43,482 nt of DNA, taken from the NCBI GenBank assembly GCA_910592345.1, contig CAJVPI010000197.1:1-43482 (forward strand). Reading direction: 5' to 3'. A program made the translations under genes and the position numbers. Within the stretch, counting starts at the first letter, position 1; the number at the start of each line of letters is the position of its first letter. The DNA is from Paraglomus brasilianum (lineage: Eukaryota). Of the stretch, positions 1 to 12,286 are shown piece after piece. The notes under the pieces are model-generated. The model saw only the letters and a program-made list of their open reading frames with translations, did no database searches and was not told where the DNA came from.

Positions 1-1
1 T

Positions 2-248
2 CATTCTCAAAATATAGAGGTGCTCCAATGGCCTGCCCAAAGTCCCGATCTCAACCCAATTGAGAACTTGTGGGCTGGTTGAAGTAGAAATTCGAAAACA
101 CAATCCTCAGCCTTCAAGTGTTGGTGAACTCGAAAAGGTAGTGAAAGATATTTGGGAAGCGATCCCGAAAAAAGTATATCGTGACTTGACTTGGTGCGAT
201 CAATGCCAAATAGAATTCGCTGCTAATGGAGGACATACAAAATACTAA
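2..248 (+). pseudogene. 3' end of a Tc1/mariner (DD34E, DDE_3) transposase, frameshifted and truncated by the window edge
   Basis: Frame from nt 2 reads IEVLQWPAQSPDLNPIENLW (canonical Tc1 motif). A frameshift leads into VEIRKHNPQPSSVGELEKVVKDIWEAIP...NGGHTKY*, a typical Tc1 C-terminus. Confidence 0.9.
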
Positions 249-360
249 AGTACTAATTCCGAATATAAAATAAAATTAACTGTTGTCTTAATAAAATTTT
301 TTTTTGTTGCTAAAATAAAAGCGTGCAATACTTTTGATACCTTGCAGAAAAGAACGTATA

Positions 361-593
361 CAGTCAACTGCGGACACCAATTATCGATTTATGGTGTGAC
401 AAAAACTTTATTGTGAATATTAATAATATTAATATTAATATGCATTCCTACTCATAGTCTTTATCTACGATAGGATATATGAGGATTGTCTCTTTGACGT
501 TTACATATTTTAGTCAGATGTGTATACGTTTTTTACCGGCATCGATTATCGAAAATCCGAATTAAAGAGGGACGAATTAAAGGCAGTTTACTG
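361..593. mobile_element. Possible pogo/Tigger-like MITE
   Basis: Left end TA|CAGTCAACTGC and right end GCAGTTTACTG|TA form an imperfect 11-bp TIR starting with CAGT and flanked by TA on both sides. Short repeated GAATTAAAG motifs lie near the right end. Confidence 0.45.
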
Positions 594-1364
594 TACATTT
601 CAACAAGTTCCTGCTATTTTAACAAAGACGTTAAATAGTATTTTGTTTCTAATCTAATGTTTCTCAATCCCTTATCCATAAATAAGACGAAAGCATATTT
701 ATATTAAGCCGTCATCATTTTGACCTCTAATACGTAACATGGTTTTCTATTTTTTATACATTCGCAGTAATAATAAAGTCACGTTTTTAGAAGTACCTAA
801 AGATTCATCCATATCCCAAGCCGCTTCGTTCCTTTTTGTAAGTATTTGACGTAAGATCCTATTTGCTCACGTAGATTATGCCTCTTGCTGAAAATACAGT
901 AGTTAGAATTCATTGTATAAATACTATCAGCAATATCAATTAATATGACCAAAAAATATTTTGAACAGTCTGGACAGCCCCAAGTACTTATATAATACTT
1001 ATCAGGTTGGGAATCTTATATGACTTGATGGATGTTGTCTCAATTAAATAATAAACTTGGTTTCAAGACTACACTACTAATGGAAGTGTCAAAATATGAT
1101 TGGACAAAAAACCGTATCAATTAATTCCCAGGCTCGGGAATAAGGCGTGGGTGCTTCAATAGAGTTTTCATGGTCTTTATTAGGCGCACGGTGCTTCAAT
1201 AGAGGGTTCACTCTTGAAAACTATAATCTTTGATGCGAAAATAGTTATGTTATTATAATCACAGGTAAAGTTTTACTATCTCAACAGTATTAGTATGGGA
1301 CATACATTGATGTTTTGAATATACAACGTTCTCACGGAAATGGATTCCTATTTACAAGACTTAT

Positions 1365-3025
1365 TTATGCACTGAAGGCCTTTTTAATAACCGGCAGGCC
1401 GAAGTATTCGCGCAATTCATTAGTCAAGACGTCGGGACATTCCAAGCCAGGAAAGTGACCACCCTACAAAGTTGTATTGAGTTAACCATGGTTCAAAGGA
1501 TATTATATAGAAAGCGGCCAAATGCTTTACCTTGTCATATTTCTTCCATCGTTGGATATTCGTATAGCATTCTGCCCATTCCTTTGGACACTACTCATAA
1601 TTAAAGAAACCCATAGGAAATAACAAGGATATCAGTAAATGGCAACGACCTTTGTTTTCTTGCGCAAATCAAAATGCATTAGACTTGTTGCATACAGGAG
1701 GAAAGTCACAAGGGAAGAATGCAATGCCTGTTGGAACTTTCGATGATAACGTCATTGCACCATCAGATATTGTCGCAGTCGTCATATTTTGATCACGAAA
1801 TTCTTTATAGATTCTCATACTGGACGGAATAGTCTCTGTTACCCAGTAGAGCATTGCTGTAGTCACTATTGCTTCTTTTGCCTCATCGCTTGATAAGTCA
1901 AATGTTGCCCTATCTGTCCATGTGTGATACTTCTCCAATATCCAAGCTGTAATAATAATTCACGAAGATAGAACACGCGGTTATACTTTCGCGTTCTCTA
2001 CATCCGATGCCCACATTATTCCCCCAAGTTTCATACCCAATAATCCGATTGGTGAGTCATTCAGTCCGTATGCCAAAGTCTGAGGTTTAGTCGTTTGAGC
2101 GTGGAAATATCCCATTTCTGTATTCATGAGTGTCTGAAATCTTTCTAGGCGTTTTGCCTCTTCATGTCCATAGGTCCTTTCCGCACCGAATATCGTGCTC
2201 ATGAGGAACTTCAGATGTGCAAGAGGGAAACTCCACAATGGCGGTGGGGGGAATAAGATGCATGTAATATGAATGGCGACACACTCAGACGGATAACAAG
2301 AAGCTAATGTATGAGCAATAATCGTTCCCCAATCACCACCATGTGCAACTTATCCGATCAAACAGAGCATGAGTGAGCGAAAGAAACTAACTTTCTCAAG
2401 CATATCTGCGTTCATCGTTAGACTTACAATACTTCTTATAGCCCAGTTTAACCATTAATTCGTTTAATCCCTTGGCCATTTCAGCAACTCCGTAGCCTCT
2501 CTTCTTTGGTTTCTCAGAGAAACCGTATCCGGGTAGGGACGGCACAACCACATGGAATGCCTGTTGATCTCCTTCTGGTTCAGCCAGCTGATTCGCGATC
2601 TTTGCAAACTCGTAAAACGATCCCGGCCAGCCGTGAATAAGGATCAATGGAATAGCATTGGCGCGGAATGATCGTTTGTGAATGTGGTGGTGCTCCAAAC
2701 CATTGACGGTTAGCTTGAACTGTGGTAACTGGTTCAGTTTATTTTCTACTTCCTTCCAGTTATGATGTTGCCAGAATGCAACGTATTCTTTTAGATATTT
2801 AACGGCTATTTGGAATACAGAAGAGCTGTTTAGAAAAATGACGCGAGAACATGCGAGAAAATATAAGAAAACAAAGAGACTGTTCACGTTTTACTCACGG
2901 GTTCCATATTCCCAATCAACACCCTCCAATTCATCAGGATACCTCGCCTTTTCCAATCTTTCCTTCAAATCGTCTAACACACTGTCAGACACAGAAATCT
3001 CAAACCGTTGAGGAGCTTCGACCAT
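1365..3025 (-). CDS. Microsomal-type epoxide hydrolase (EHN N-terminal domain + alpha/beta hydrolase), 6 exons
   Basis: Exons approx. 3025-2899, 2805-2428, 2348-2037, 1946-1696, 1590-1531, 1463-1365 with GT..AG introns. Motifs: MVEAPQRFEISVSDSVLDDLKERLEKARYPDELEGVDWEYGTP, oxyanion HGWPGSF, PSLPGYGFS, nucleophile elbow GGDWG, TKPQTLAYGLNDSPIGLLAWILEK, catalytic His in GGHFPGLE. Confidence 0.93.
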
Positions 3026-3339
3026 TTCTGTTATTCTGTTCAAAGACACACGCCATCACCAATTATTTATATTCTCATGTGTATTATGAACTTTGACATC
3101 CAAAATATTAAATTCTTCGAGTCTAGCCTTATCAGACTATTTGTATCGGCTGAGTTTTAATTGTGTGGGTATTTTATTTTTTACCGTGAGAACGCACATG
3201 AACATCAGATTTTGCAATCGCTTATTATTATGTAAATCAATGATATACAACCAATCAAATTGTTAGTTGATCTGTGTAACTAAGTTGTTCTTACGAAGTT
3301 GCAAGTCCGTACGGTTATATGTACTTAGAACGTCTGTAC

Positions 3340-3908
3340 AATACTACTACTATGAAGGACCGTTCTAAGAGGCGGTCTATAACTGCATCACAAAAAAAGC
3401 GATTATGTGAAAAGAAAGCTACAATCTACTTTCAACAAAAAACTACGTTCTTGCTAAAGAATTCGGTATTAGCACAGCTCAAGTTAGTCAAATCCTGCAT
3501 AATAAAGAAAAATGGTTAAACATACTGTATGAAACAATATCATTTTTATAATTTGAACCAACATTGAGAGAACAAATCAGTGTTAGCAGTCGACGATGTT
3601 TATGTAATCGATAAGACGAGCGTATGTTATATTGTCAATTCATGATTGTTATTTTGTTTGACGAATTTGATGTAGCACATCGTCAATTGTACAGCTTCAT
3701 TTACTTCTTGAAATAAAAAAAGTGTTTGTTGATCTATTCTAATTGATAATAATAATGGTCAGATGATAATTAATGTTGTATTTGCCGGTAAATAAAGAGT
3801 TCGCGAATAGCAAATATTTGTTATATCGCGAAACCTCGATACAATAAATCCTCGTTATAGTAAACAGAAATCCCCGACCCGACAGGTTTACTATAACGAG
3901 TATTACCT
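3340..3908 (+). pseudogene. Highly degraded pogo/Tc5-like (CENP-B HTH) transposase remnant
   Basis: KRRSITASQKKRLCEKK resembles the CENP-B/Tc5 N-terminal HTH, and DDVYVIDKT resembles DVYNxDET. A pogo-like subterminal CTCGTTATAG...CTATAACGAG inverted motif lies at ~3851-3900. Confidence 0.5.
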
Positions 3909-6536
3909 AATAATACTAACATGATAATCAGACGATGATCGTGAATCTCTCGATAATGAAACGGCATCTTAAAGCTTAATTACGAATTTAAGTCATGACA
4001 GTTGGGTCTACGCGACTAGAAAGGGAGCGGAACGAGGTTCTGGTCATACGCAAAAGGTTTTAGACTAAGAATGGTTGTGGATAGAACGTGTGTTATATCA
4101 GCACTATCCAATACATACTGTTACATATAACGGGCTATCGAGTGAATAAACCTGAAGCATTATCAAGAAACATCAGTAGTTTTACATACAGTTAGTCATA
4201 GACTGCTCTGCAAGAATGCATGCGACAGTAACATTCCGGTGTGATAATATGTTTCGTTACAGTTGAGCATTTCTCACTCTTGCAAAGCCATGAAGTTTCC
4301 TAACCAGGCGTATTTATGTGGAATTGTTAGATTTCAAACTCTTTTTATAGAAACTATTATATACATAAGGTTGATTTGTCCGTGCTTTCTGCTTCGTAAT
4401 GAAATTTACAATACTGGAATTTTCGCTGCTTGTTCAATATTATGCGCCGAAGCGTCTTCTGCTGTTTCGAGTAATCAATATTTTCCGTTAAATTCAAAAA
4501 GAATTAGTTCAAACATTGTTTACAGTATTCAATTACCGGGATTTTTATTAATACAATTGTGGGGTTGCTAAATTTAACTTTTCGCGGCATATTATCTAAA
4601 AACAACATGTATCCAAGGTGGCGACACGTTTTCTTATTTTTGGTAGTTTACACAATGGTTAAGACTTGGCTCGAGTAGGCCATTGGAATTTTCTTTCCCG
4701 TTCAACCACAACACCAATTTTTTCTATGTACAAAACAAGCATTGTCTTAATAATAGAGCTAGAATTTGCGCCTAAAGCTTAGCGGCACTGCAAAAGGTAT
4801 AGTCCACTTTAATGAAAATATACATTATTGCCAGCTCTGTGTCATAAATCCACCATTGGCTATTATGATATATTTAAAAAAGAAATATGATTTAGCCATT
4901 TGAAGTAATATCGTCTTTGTTCCTAGACTATAAATTACGCTTGCCACTCATTTGAAATAAATGGTTTCTTTTTATATGTAAGACTTTACGATTACACGCT
5001 AATGTTGATAAATGATTCTCTTCTACTGCGATCAAAATAGTACCACCTTGTACTGATATGGATAAGACAAGAAAAAGGTCTCTAAAATGAGGATATTAAT
5101 TTCCCGCTTCACAAAATTTTTTACGAAGAAAATCCATATCAGAAGCACACTATGATTGCCCTACTAAATCTGATAATCATTCACCTTCAAAACCAGTTAG
5201 TTCATAATGACATTAAATTGAGTTTTTTTTCTGAAAGTCGAGAAAAAAACATTTGCTGTAATTAAAACAATAGAACTTACGTACAAACGTTATCTTAAAC
5301 TTTATATCTGATTTAATATCATAATAATACCACCCAACTTTACATTGACACAGCTTATTCTTGAGTAAAAAAAAATTTTACATCCGCTAAGAGTCTTTTC
5401 AACGTTTTTACATATTAGTATTAGATATTACATGGCAACTCAATTCTTATATCCGGTCACGTTTCTTGATAAACTTGGTTGTTTAAAATTTTATTGGTTA
5501 ACGCTGACAACACGCAGTAAATAGAATTGACTAATAAAGAATAAAATATTTTATGCTGATACAATACATTGAATTGATTAATTTCTCAAAACATAGTTTA
5601 TAGCCGTAGTTCCCTTATTTCATTATGGTCGAATAATTGGTGCACTAATTGTGCAGGGAATGACTCGATGACAGACAGGCGTCTAAATAATATTTTCGAA
5701 TCCTGACAATTGGTACACCAATTTCGTAGCACTTGGCCGGAGTTTGTACCTTGTAGCAATGAATTACGGCAGTAAATAAATAAATATTATTATTAATAAG
5801 CACGTCGGACGATTAGATTTAAATCTTCCCATTCGTGATCCTTCTGTGCACAGATTTAAATTGCATAGCGCACATGACGTTCTGTGAACGCACATTTCGA
5901 AATTTACGTATAGTCTATAATTTTAACATTTGTTAATATAGAACCGGTTAATACGTCAATATGATTTTGAACTAGCTGATGAGCTATTGAACTTTTGATT
6001 AGTTTATTAGGCCGGGTTGCTTAAACGAATTGATAATCATGGCAAAAAGAACTATTCGTATAATGAAAAAGATTTTGTCATCCCGCATATAAACATAAAT
6101 TTATGCAATTTGATTGGGTAAAACTGCAAAGGCTTTATTATTAAATTCATCGTAAACCAACTGTAATAATTGCCATTGGCTGCGGAAGACCATAAACTAT
6201 CAGTAAACTTTACACGATATATATTGTTAAGGCAAAAAAGTCAAAATTCTGGTCAAACAAATAGTCAAGAAGTTGCATTGTTTACGTGCAATTCGATCCT
6301 TGCCTTTTTCTTTTCACTGATGTGAGGTTATACGACATTAATGTGTACCTGTACGTTTTACTATTTGAAAGCGATCAGCATTATATGGACTATATATAAG
6401 CGAACAAACAGTATTTGGTGTTACGCCAGTATGTATTATAATAAGTGCTGCGCGAATTATTAATTCATGAGTTCACTGAATTAAAAATTTCAGAAATTTC
6501 ATATAATAGTCTGACCGTTTTCACATACTATGCAAA

Positions 6537-9500
6537 ATGTCCAGCAATCTGCACAAGATGTGGTTGGATAAAAGCATTCAAGAAGGATCAATCAATTGTT
6601 ACTCAGAAAGCAATATTATCTTGGATCCTACACCTATCGCTCATGATGGATATGGAGTGATACATAAAGGAATGATAAAACACTGCACAAAGTCTGTCGC
6701 AATAAAGATTTTGGTTCGACATCGACAAGATTATGAAGAAAAATTGTATGAAGAGTTTGTCAAGGAGGTTGCTATTACTATGGCTACATTTACTTTTATT
6801 CATGTTGCTGTTTGTCATATACACCTGTGAGTAAATGTTAATCCATACAATCAGTTAACAACCCACGAAGAGGTGAACGGTCATTCAAACGTTATTCAAT
6901 TCTTAGGCCTATACAAAGGTATGGGATATTGAAATTTTTAACTTGCATTTTGACAATATAATATGTTGACTTAATACTAATTAACAGATGCGGATCAACT
7001 TTTTCACATGGTTTTTGAATATGCTGACGGCGGAACTTTATATGCACTCTTGCAAAATCACTTTAAGTATTTAACATGGAAATACAAGTACAAGTTAGGC
7101 TTGGATATTACCAACGGGCTGAAGTTTTTGCACAGGCTTGATATTATCCATAAAAACTTGGTATGTTGTGTCCATTTTTTACTATAAAATTTATAATGTA
7201 TTATGCAGTATGATATTAATTTTAATATTATTATCTAGTCTTCAGTCAATGTTTTGATTCAAGCAGGCATTGCAAAGATATCTGACTTTGGTCTGTCAAG
7301 TGTGCTAGCCCAAATTATGTCCACATCAATCAGTGAAGGTCATTTAGCATACAGAGATCCAGAATATTTTAAAAAGGCATCATATCAATATTGGGAAAAG
7401 TCTGACATTTTCAGCCTTGGAGTGATACTCTGGGAAATTTCCAGTGGAAAGACTCCATGTGAAGGTTGTACTCAAAATTATGAAATATATTTGTATAGAA
7501 TTAAGATGTCGCGTGATGCTCCCTTATCTAAAACGCCACGAGAATATATTGACTTGTATTCCCAATGTTGGCATGAAGAAGCTGAAAAGCGACCATCTTG
7601 CAAACTGGTATATAAACAACTACAGAAATTATGCAAATCACCAGAAGTACAAAATATGTTGGATTTGAGTAGAAAACTCGTTCAGGATGCTGATACTATA
7701 AACTTATTAAAAATTCTGAAATCATATCAGGCACCAACTTCTTTAAATATAAGCAAAAATCAAATTGGAGATGTGGGAGCAATGACTTTTGCAAAGGCTC
7801 TAGAATCAGATTCATCTCTTGTTTCTTTAGATTTGCAATCAAATAACATTAAAGATGCAGGTGCAACAACTTTAGCAAAGGCTCTTGAATCCAACTCTTG
7901 CCTAAATTTCTTAAATCTTCAAAATAATAAAATTGGAGATGCAGGAGCCACAGCCTTGGCACAAGCTTTAGAATGCAATTCTTCTCTGACTTCCTTAAAT
8001 CTTCAATTAAATAATGTGGGAGATATAGGGACCACAGCCTTGGCAAAGACTTTGGAAACAAATTCCTCTCTATTGATATTAAATCTTCAAAGTAATGATA
8101 TCAGTCATATTGGTGCAACAGCTTTGGCAAAGGCTCTAAAATTAAATTCTTCTTTGACATCTTTGAATCTCCAGTTAAATAATGTTGAAGATACTGGGGC
8201 AACAGTCTTATCAGAAGCTCTTGAGTTTAACATTCATCTAACTTCTCTGAATCTACAAAATAACAACATTGGAAACAATGGCACAAGAGCTCTGGCAAAA
8301 GCTTTAAGATCTTCTTCAGTTTTGACTACATTAAATCTACAGTCAAACAATATTGGGGATGATGGTGCAACAGCTTTAGCAAATGCTCTAGAATTCAATT
8401 CTTCACTGACTTTCTTAAATTTACAATTAAACAATATTGGAGACACTGGAGTTATATCTATAGCAAAAGCTATAGAATTCAACACTTCTCTGGCTCTTTT
8501 AAATTTGCAATGGAACAACATTGGAGACCTGGGAGCAGTAGCTTTGGCAAGGGCTCTGACATACAACTCTGTACTGAACTCACTGGATCTTCAACTGAAT
8601 AATATTGGAGATATGGGAGCAAAAGCTTTGGCAAAGGCTTTAAAATCTAATCTTTCTCTCACAATTTTAAATTTGCAAGAAAATAGGCTTGGAAATACAG
8701 GTGCAATGGCCTTAGCAATGGCTCTCTATTCAAATTTCTCTTTGGTATCTTTGAATCTGCAACATAATCAAATTGAAAATGCAGGGGCAATGGCTTTGAC
8801 AAAGGCTCTAAAATCGAATTATGTTTTGACTTGTTTGGAAATTGATAATAATCAGATTGGAGCTGCTGTTGCAACGGATTTGGCAAAGAATTTGAAATCT
8901 GGACCTTCTGTTACGTCTTTAAATCTACAAAATAACAGTGTCACAGATACAGACATAAGATCCTTGACAAAAATTGTAGAGTCAAATATTTCATTGGTTT
9001 CTTTGAATATTAGTTCAAATAAAATTGGAGATAAAGGTATAACTGTCTTGGCAAAATACCTAGAATCAAATTCTTCTTTGATGTGTTTAGATCTCAGCTG
9101 CAATAAGATTGGGCATATTGGAGCAACAACTTTGGCAAAATCTCTGGAATTAAATTCGACTTTGACTACCTTAAATCTTGGTAGTAATTATATGAGAGAT
9201 ATGGGAGCAACAGCCTTGGCTAAACATCTAGAATTAAGTGTCTCTATGACCCTTTTAGATCTTAGTCAAAATCAGATAGGAGATGCAGGCATATCAGCAT
9301 TAGCCAAAGCTCTTGAATTAAATTCTTCACTGACCACCTTAAGTCTTAGTAATAATCAGATTCAAGGTGGAAGTGCAATAACATTGGCAAAGGCATTAGA
9401 ATCAAATTCTTCTTTGTCTTCTTTAAACCTAAGTAACAACCAAATTGGAAATATTGGTGCAGCAGCTTGGGCAAGGATGTTAGAAGCAAATTCCTCTCTG

Positions 9501-11111
9501 AGTTGCTTAAACTTTGGTTCTAATCAAATTAAAGATATAGGTGCAATAGCTTTGGCAAATGCTCTAGAATCAAATTCTTCTCTAACTTCTCTGAGTCTTG
9601 ATAATAATCAGATCAAAAGTATAGGGGTAACAGCTTTTGCAAAAGCTTTAAAGTTGAATTCTTTTCTAACCTCTTTGAATTTACAAAACAATATTATTAG
9701 AGATACTGGTGCAACAGCTTTGGCAGTGGCTTTAATATGCAATTCTTCTCTGACTTCTTTAAACTTACAATTGAACAATATTGGAAATATAGGTGCAGCA
9801 GCTTTGGCAAGAGCTCTAAAATCAAATTCTTCTTTAATTTCTCTGGATCTTAGTATTAATCGAATTGAAACCACAGGAGCAATATTTTTAGCAGATAGTC
9901 TGAAAACAGATTCTTCTCTGACTTTTTTGGATCTTAATCATAATCAAATTGAATATGGTGCAATAGCCTTGGTAAAGGCTCTAAAATTGAATTCATCCTT
10001 GACATCTCTGAATCTTAATAATAACCAGATTAGGGATGCAGGTGCAATAGATGTGGCAAAGATTCTGGAGTCAAATTCCTCTATCATTACATTGAATCTT
10101 AATAATAATGATATTAAAGATACAGGAGTATCAGCATTGGCAAAAGCTCTCAAATCCAATACTTCACTGACTGTCTTGAACCTTCAAAAGAATAAGATTA
10201 GTTGTCTAGGAGCAGATTCCTTGGCAAAGGGTCTAAAAGTGAATTCCTCCTTGACTTGTCTGAACCTCTGGAGTAATAAGATTAGAGATACAGGGGCAAT
10301 AGCATTGGCAAAAGCTCTAGAAATAAATTCTTCTCTAACTTCTTTGAATCTTAACAATAATGATTTTGGAAATGCAGCTGCAATTGCTTTAGCAGGATCA
10401 CTTGAATCAAATCACTCCCTGACTTCTTTGGAGCTTTGGTTTAATAACATTGGAGACACTGGAGCAGCAGCTTTAGCAAAAACGCTGGAATCAAATTCTT
10501 CTTTGACTTCTTTGAATATCAAGGCTGAAGATATAGGAACAACAACAATTTTGGTAAAAGCCTTAGAAACAAATATTTATTTGACTTCTTTGAATCTCAA
10601 TGACAATAAAATTGGAGATGCAGGAGCAATAATATTAGCAAAGGCTCTAGAATCAAATTTTTCTCTGACAACATTAGATCTTTGGTCTAATAATATTGGA
10701 GATGTAGGAGCAGAGGCTTTGGCAAAGGCTTTAGAATTAAATTTCTGTTTAACATCATTAGATCTCTGGAGTAATGAGATTGGGAATGCAGGTGCAACAG
10801 CATTAGCAAGGTCTCTAGAATCAAATTGTACTTTGAACTTTTTAAATCTCAGGAATAATCAAGTGGGAGATACAGGGGTGGTAGCTTTAGCAAAAGCTCT
10901 TGAATCCAACTCTTCCCTGACTTCTTTAAACCTTCAGTCTAATAATATTGGAGAGGTAGGGGCAAAGGCTTTAGCAAAGGCTTTAGAATTAAACTTTACT
11001 CTAACTTTTTTGAGTCTCAAGAACAACAATATTAGAAGAATTGGTACAGCAGTTTTAGCAAAAATTGAACATTTGTTACTAGATATTAGTGGTTCAAATT
11101 ACATGTCATAA
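6537..11111 (+). CDS. TKL-type (pseudo)kinase fused to ~40 ribonuclease-inhibitor-like LRRs, 4 exons
   Basis: Exons 6537-6767, 6855-6918, 6988-7160, 7239-11111 (GT..AG, frame-consistent). Kinase motifs VAIK, MVFEYADGGTL, IIHKNL|SSVNVL, KISDFG, KSDIFSLGVILWEI. These are followed by 40 hand-counted repeats of consensus LTSLNLQxNNIGDxGAxALAKALExNSS. Confidence 0.92.
7735..11065 (+). repeat. Coding tandem array of ~84-bp units (28-aa LRR x40)
   Basis: Regular 28-aa period in the 1285-aa ORF. Two shorter units (27 and 26 aa) and two divergent units (repeats 14-15). Confidence 0.93.
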
Positions 11112-12286
11112 TAGTAATAGAACACATGTACAGTACGTGGTTAAAATTATTTTTACTAAATTTGCCATTTTCATCAATAACTGTTGTGGAAGAATCTACT
11201 ATTAAATAATAGCAAATATGTAAAGCTTCTTAGATATTATTATTATTCATGTTGAGAAATTGTTGTAATGTGTTGAGTAATAATAGATCAATAACATATT
11301 CATGGTGAATAAAATACTACGAGATTAAGATCATTTATCGTCTACAGTTATTAAAATAAACGCATTCACTAAGAGCGGCAGATAAACGAGCATAAAGAAT
11401 TCTTTTAAAAAGACGCGTCACTATTTTATAATAAATACATTCTTCGACTAAGGGTTATTACTAGTCGCTGTTCTAATAATAGTTCTATGCATAGTTGTTG
11501 GAAGTGTCTTATTTCTTAGGAGACAGTATAAGCCAGCTTACTGGAATATTGACCAGGCGGGAAGGAATTTGTTCAATTATCGGTGCACTATTAAAATTTA
11601 CATACGAGTGGGAGTTTATACTTGAAGCCCGTTAACGACTTAACATTAATTGACGCGGGCAACTACGTTTATGGTTAAGGTTTGAGAACACAAAAGGTCT
11701 CCCAGTTGACCGAAACATAACAGAAGATAGCTTACTTGCTGTGTGAGATGCTAATGTTGCGCGCATTTGAGAAAAAAGAACTACTTGTATGTTTAAAAAA
11801 TACCTTGTGTAAAGACGTGTCGATAAGAGCTATTAGACGGACATATTGCATTAGCTTTACACGTAATTAGTAAAATCTTTACGTCTTATTGTTACGTACG
11901 TATCTGGCTATCGACTTACAATTGGTAGTAAATATTTCTCTTTTATTAGTAGATATGAATAATCTTTCCTTTCTATTATACACAGTGAAATTCACTTTAA
12001 CGAAGATCGCTTTATAACAAAGCTCTTTCCAGAACAGATCATCTATTTTATACAAAAGACAGTTCACCTTCAGGTCGGTGAAGCAAAACTGTGGAACGGG
12101 TGTCTTCATCAAAGTAAATTTCACTGCGCGTCTATATTTCGTTTCAGAGATCTCCATCGTCTTTTATTGCTCGGCGACGGCGTAGTTGCTCAATTAAAAA
12201 TTACGAAAATCGAAGAATTAATGTTGTAACACATGAAATACATAATAATAGTGGTAGAATAATAGCAATAGTAACAATAATATATT

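Noticed and set aside
1150..1204. 15-bp direct repeat GGTGCTTCAATAGAG
   Set aside because: Only two copies. Resembles a decayed DNA-transposon end, but no partner terminus was found.
7849..10159. Several minus-strand ORFs with repetitive peptides
   Set aside because: Antisense shadows of the LRR array.
11879..12157. 92-aa minus-strand ORF between the two kinase genes
   Set aside because: No recognisable motif; cannot be supported as a gene from sequence alone.
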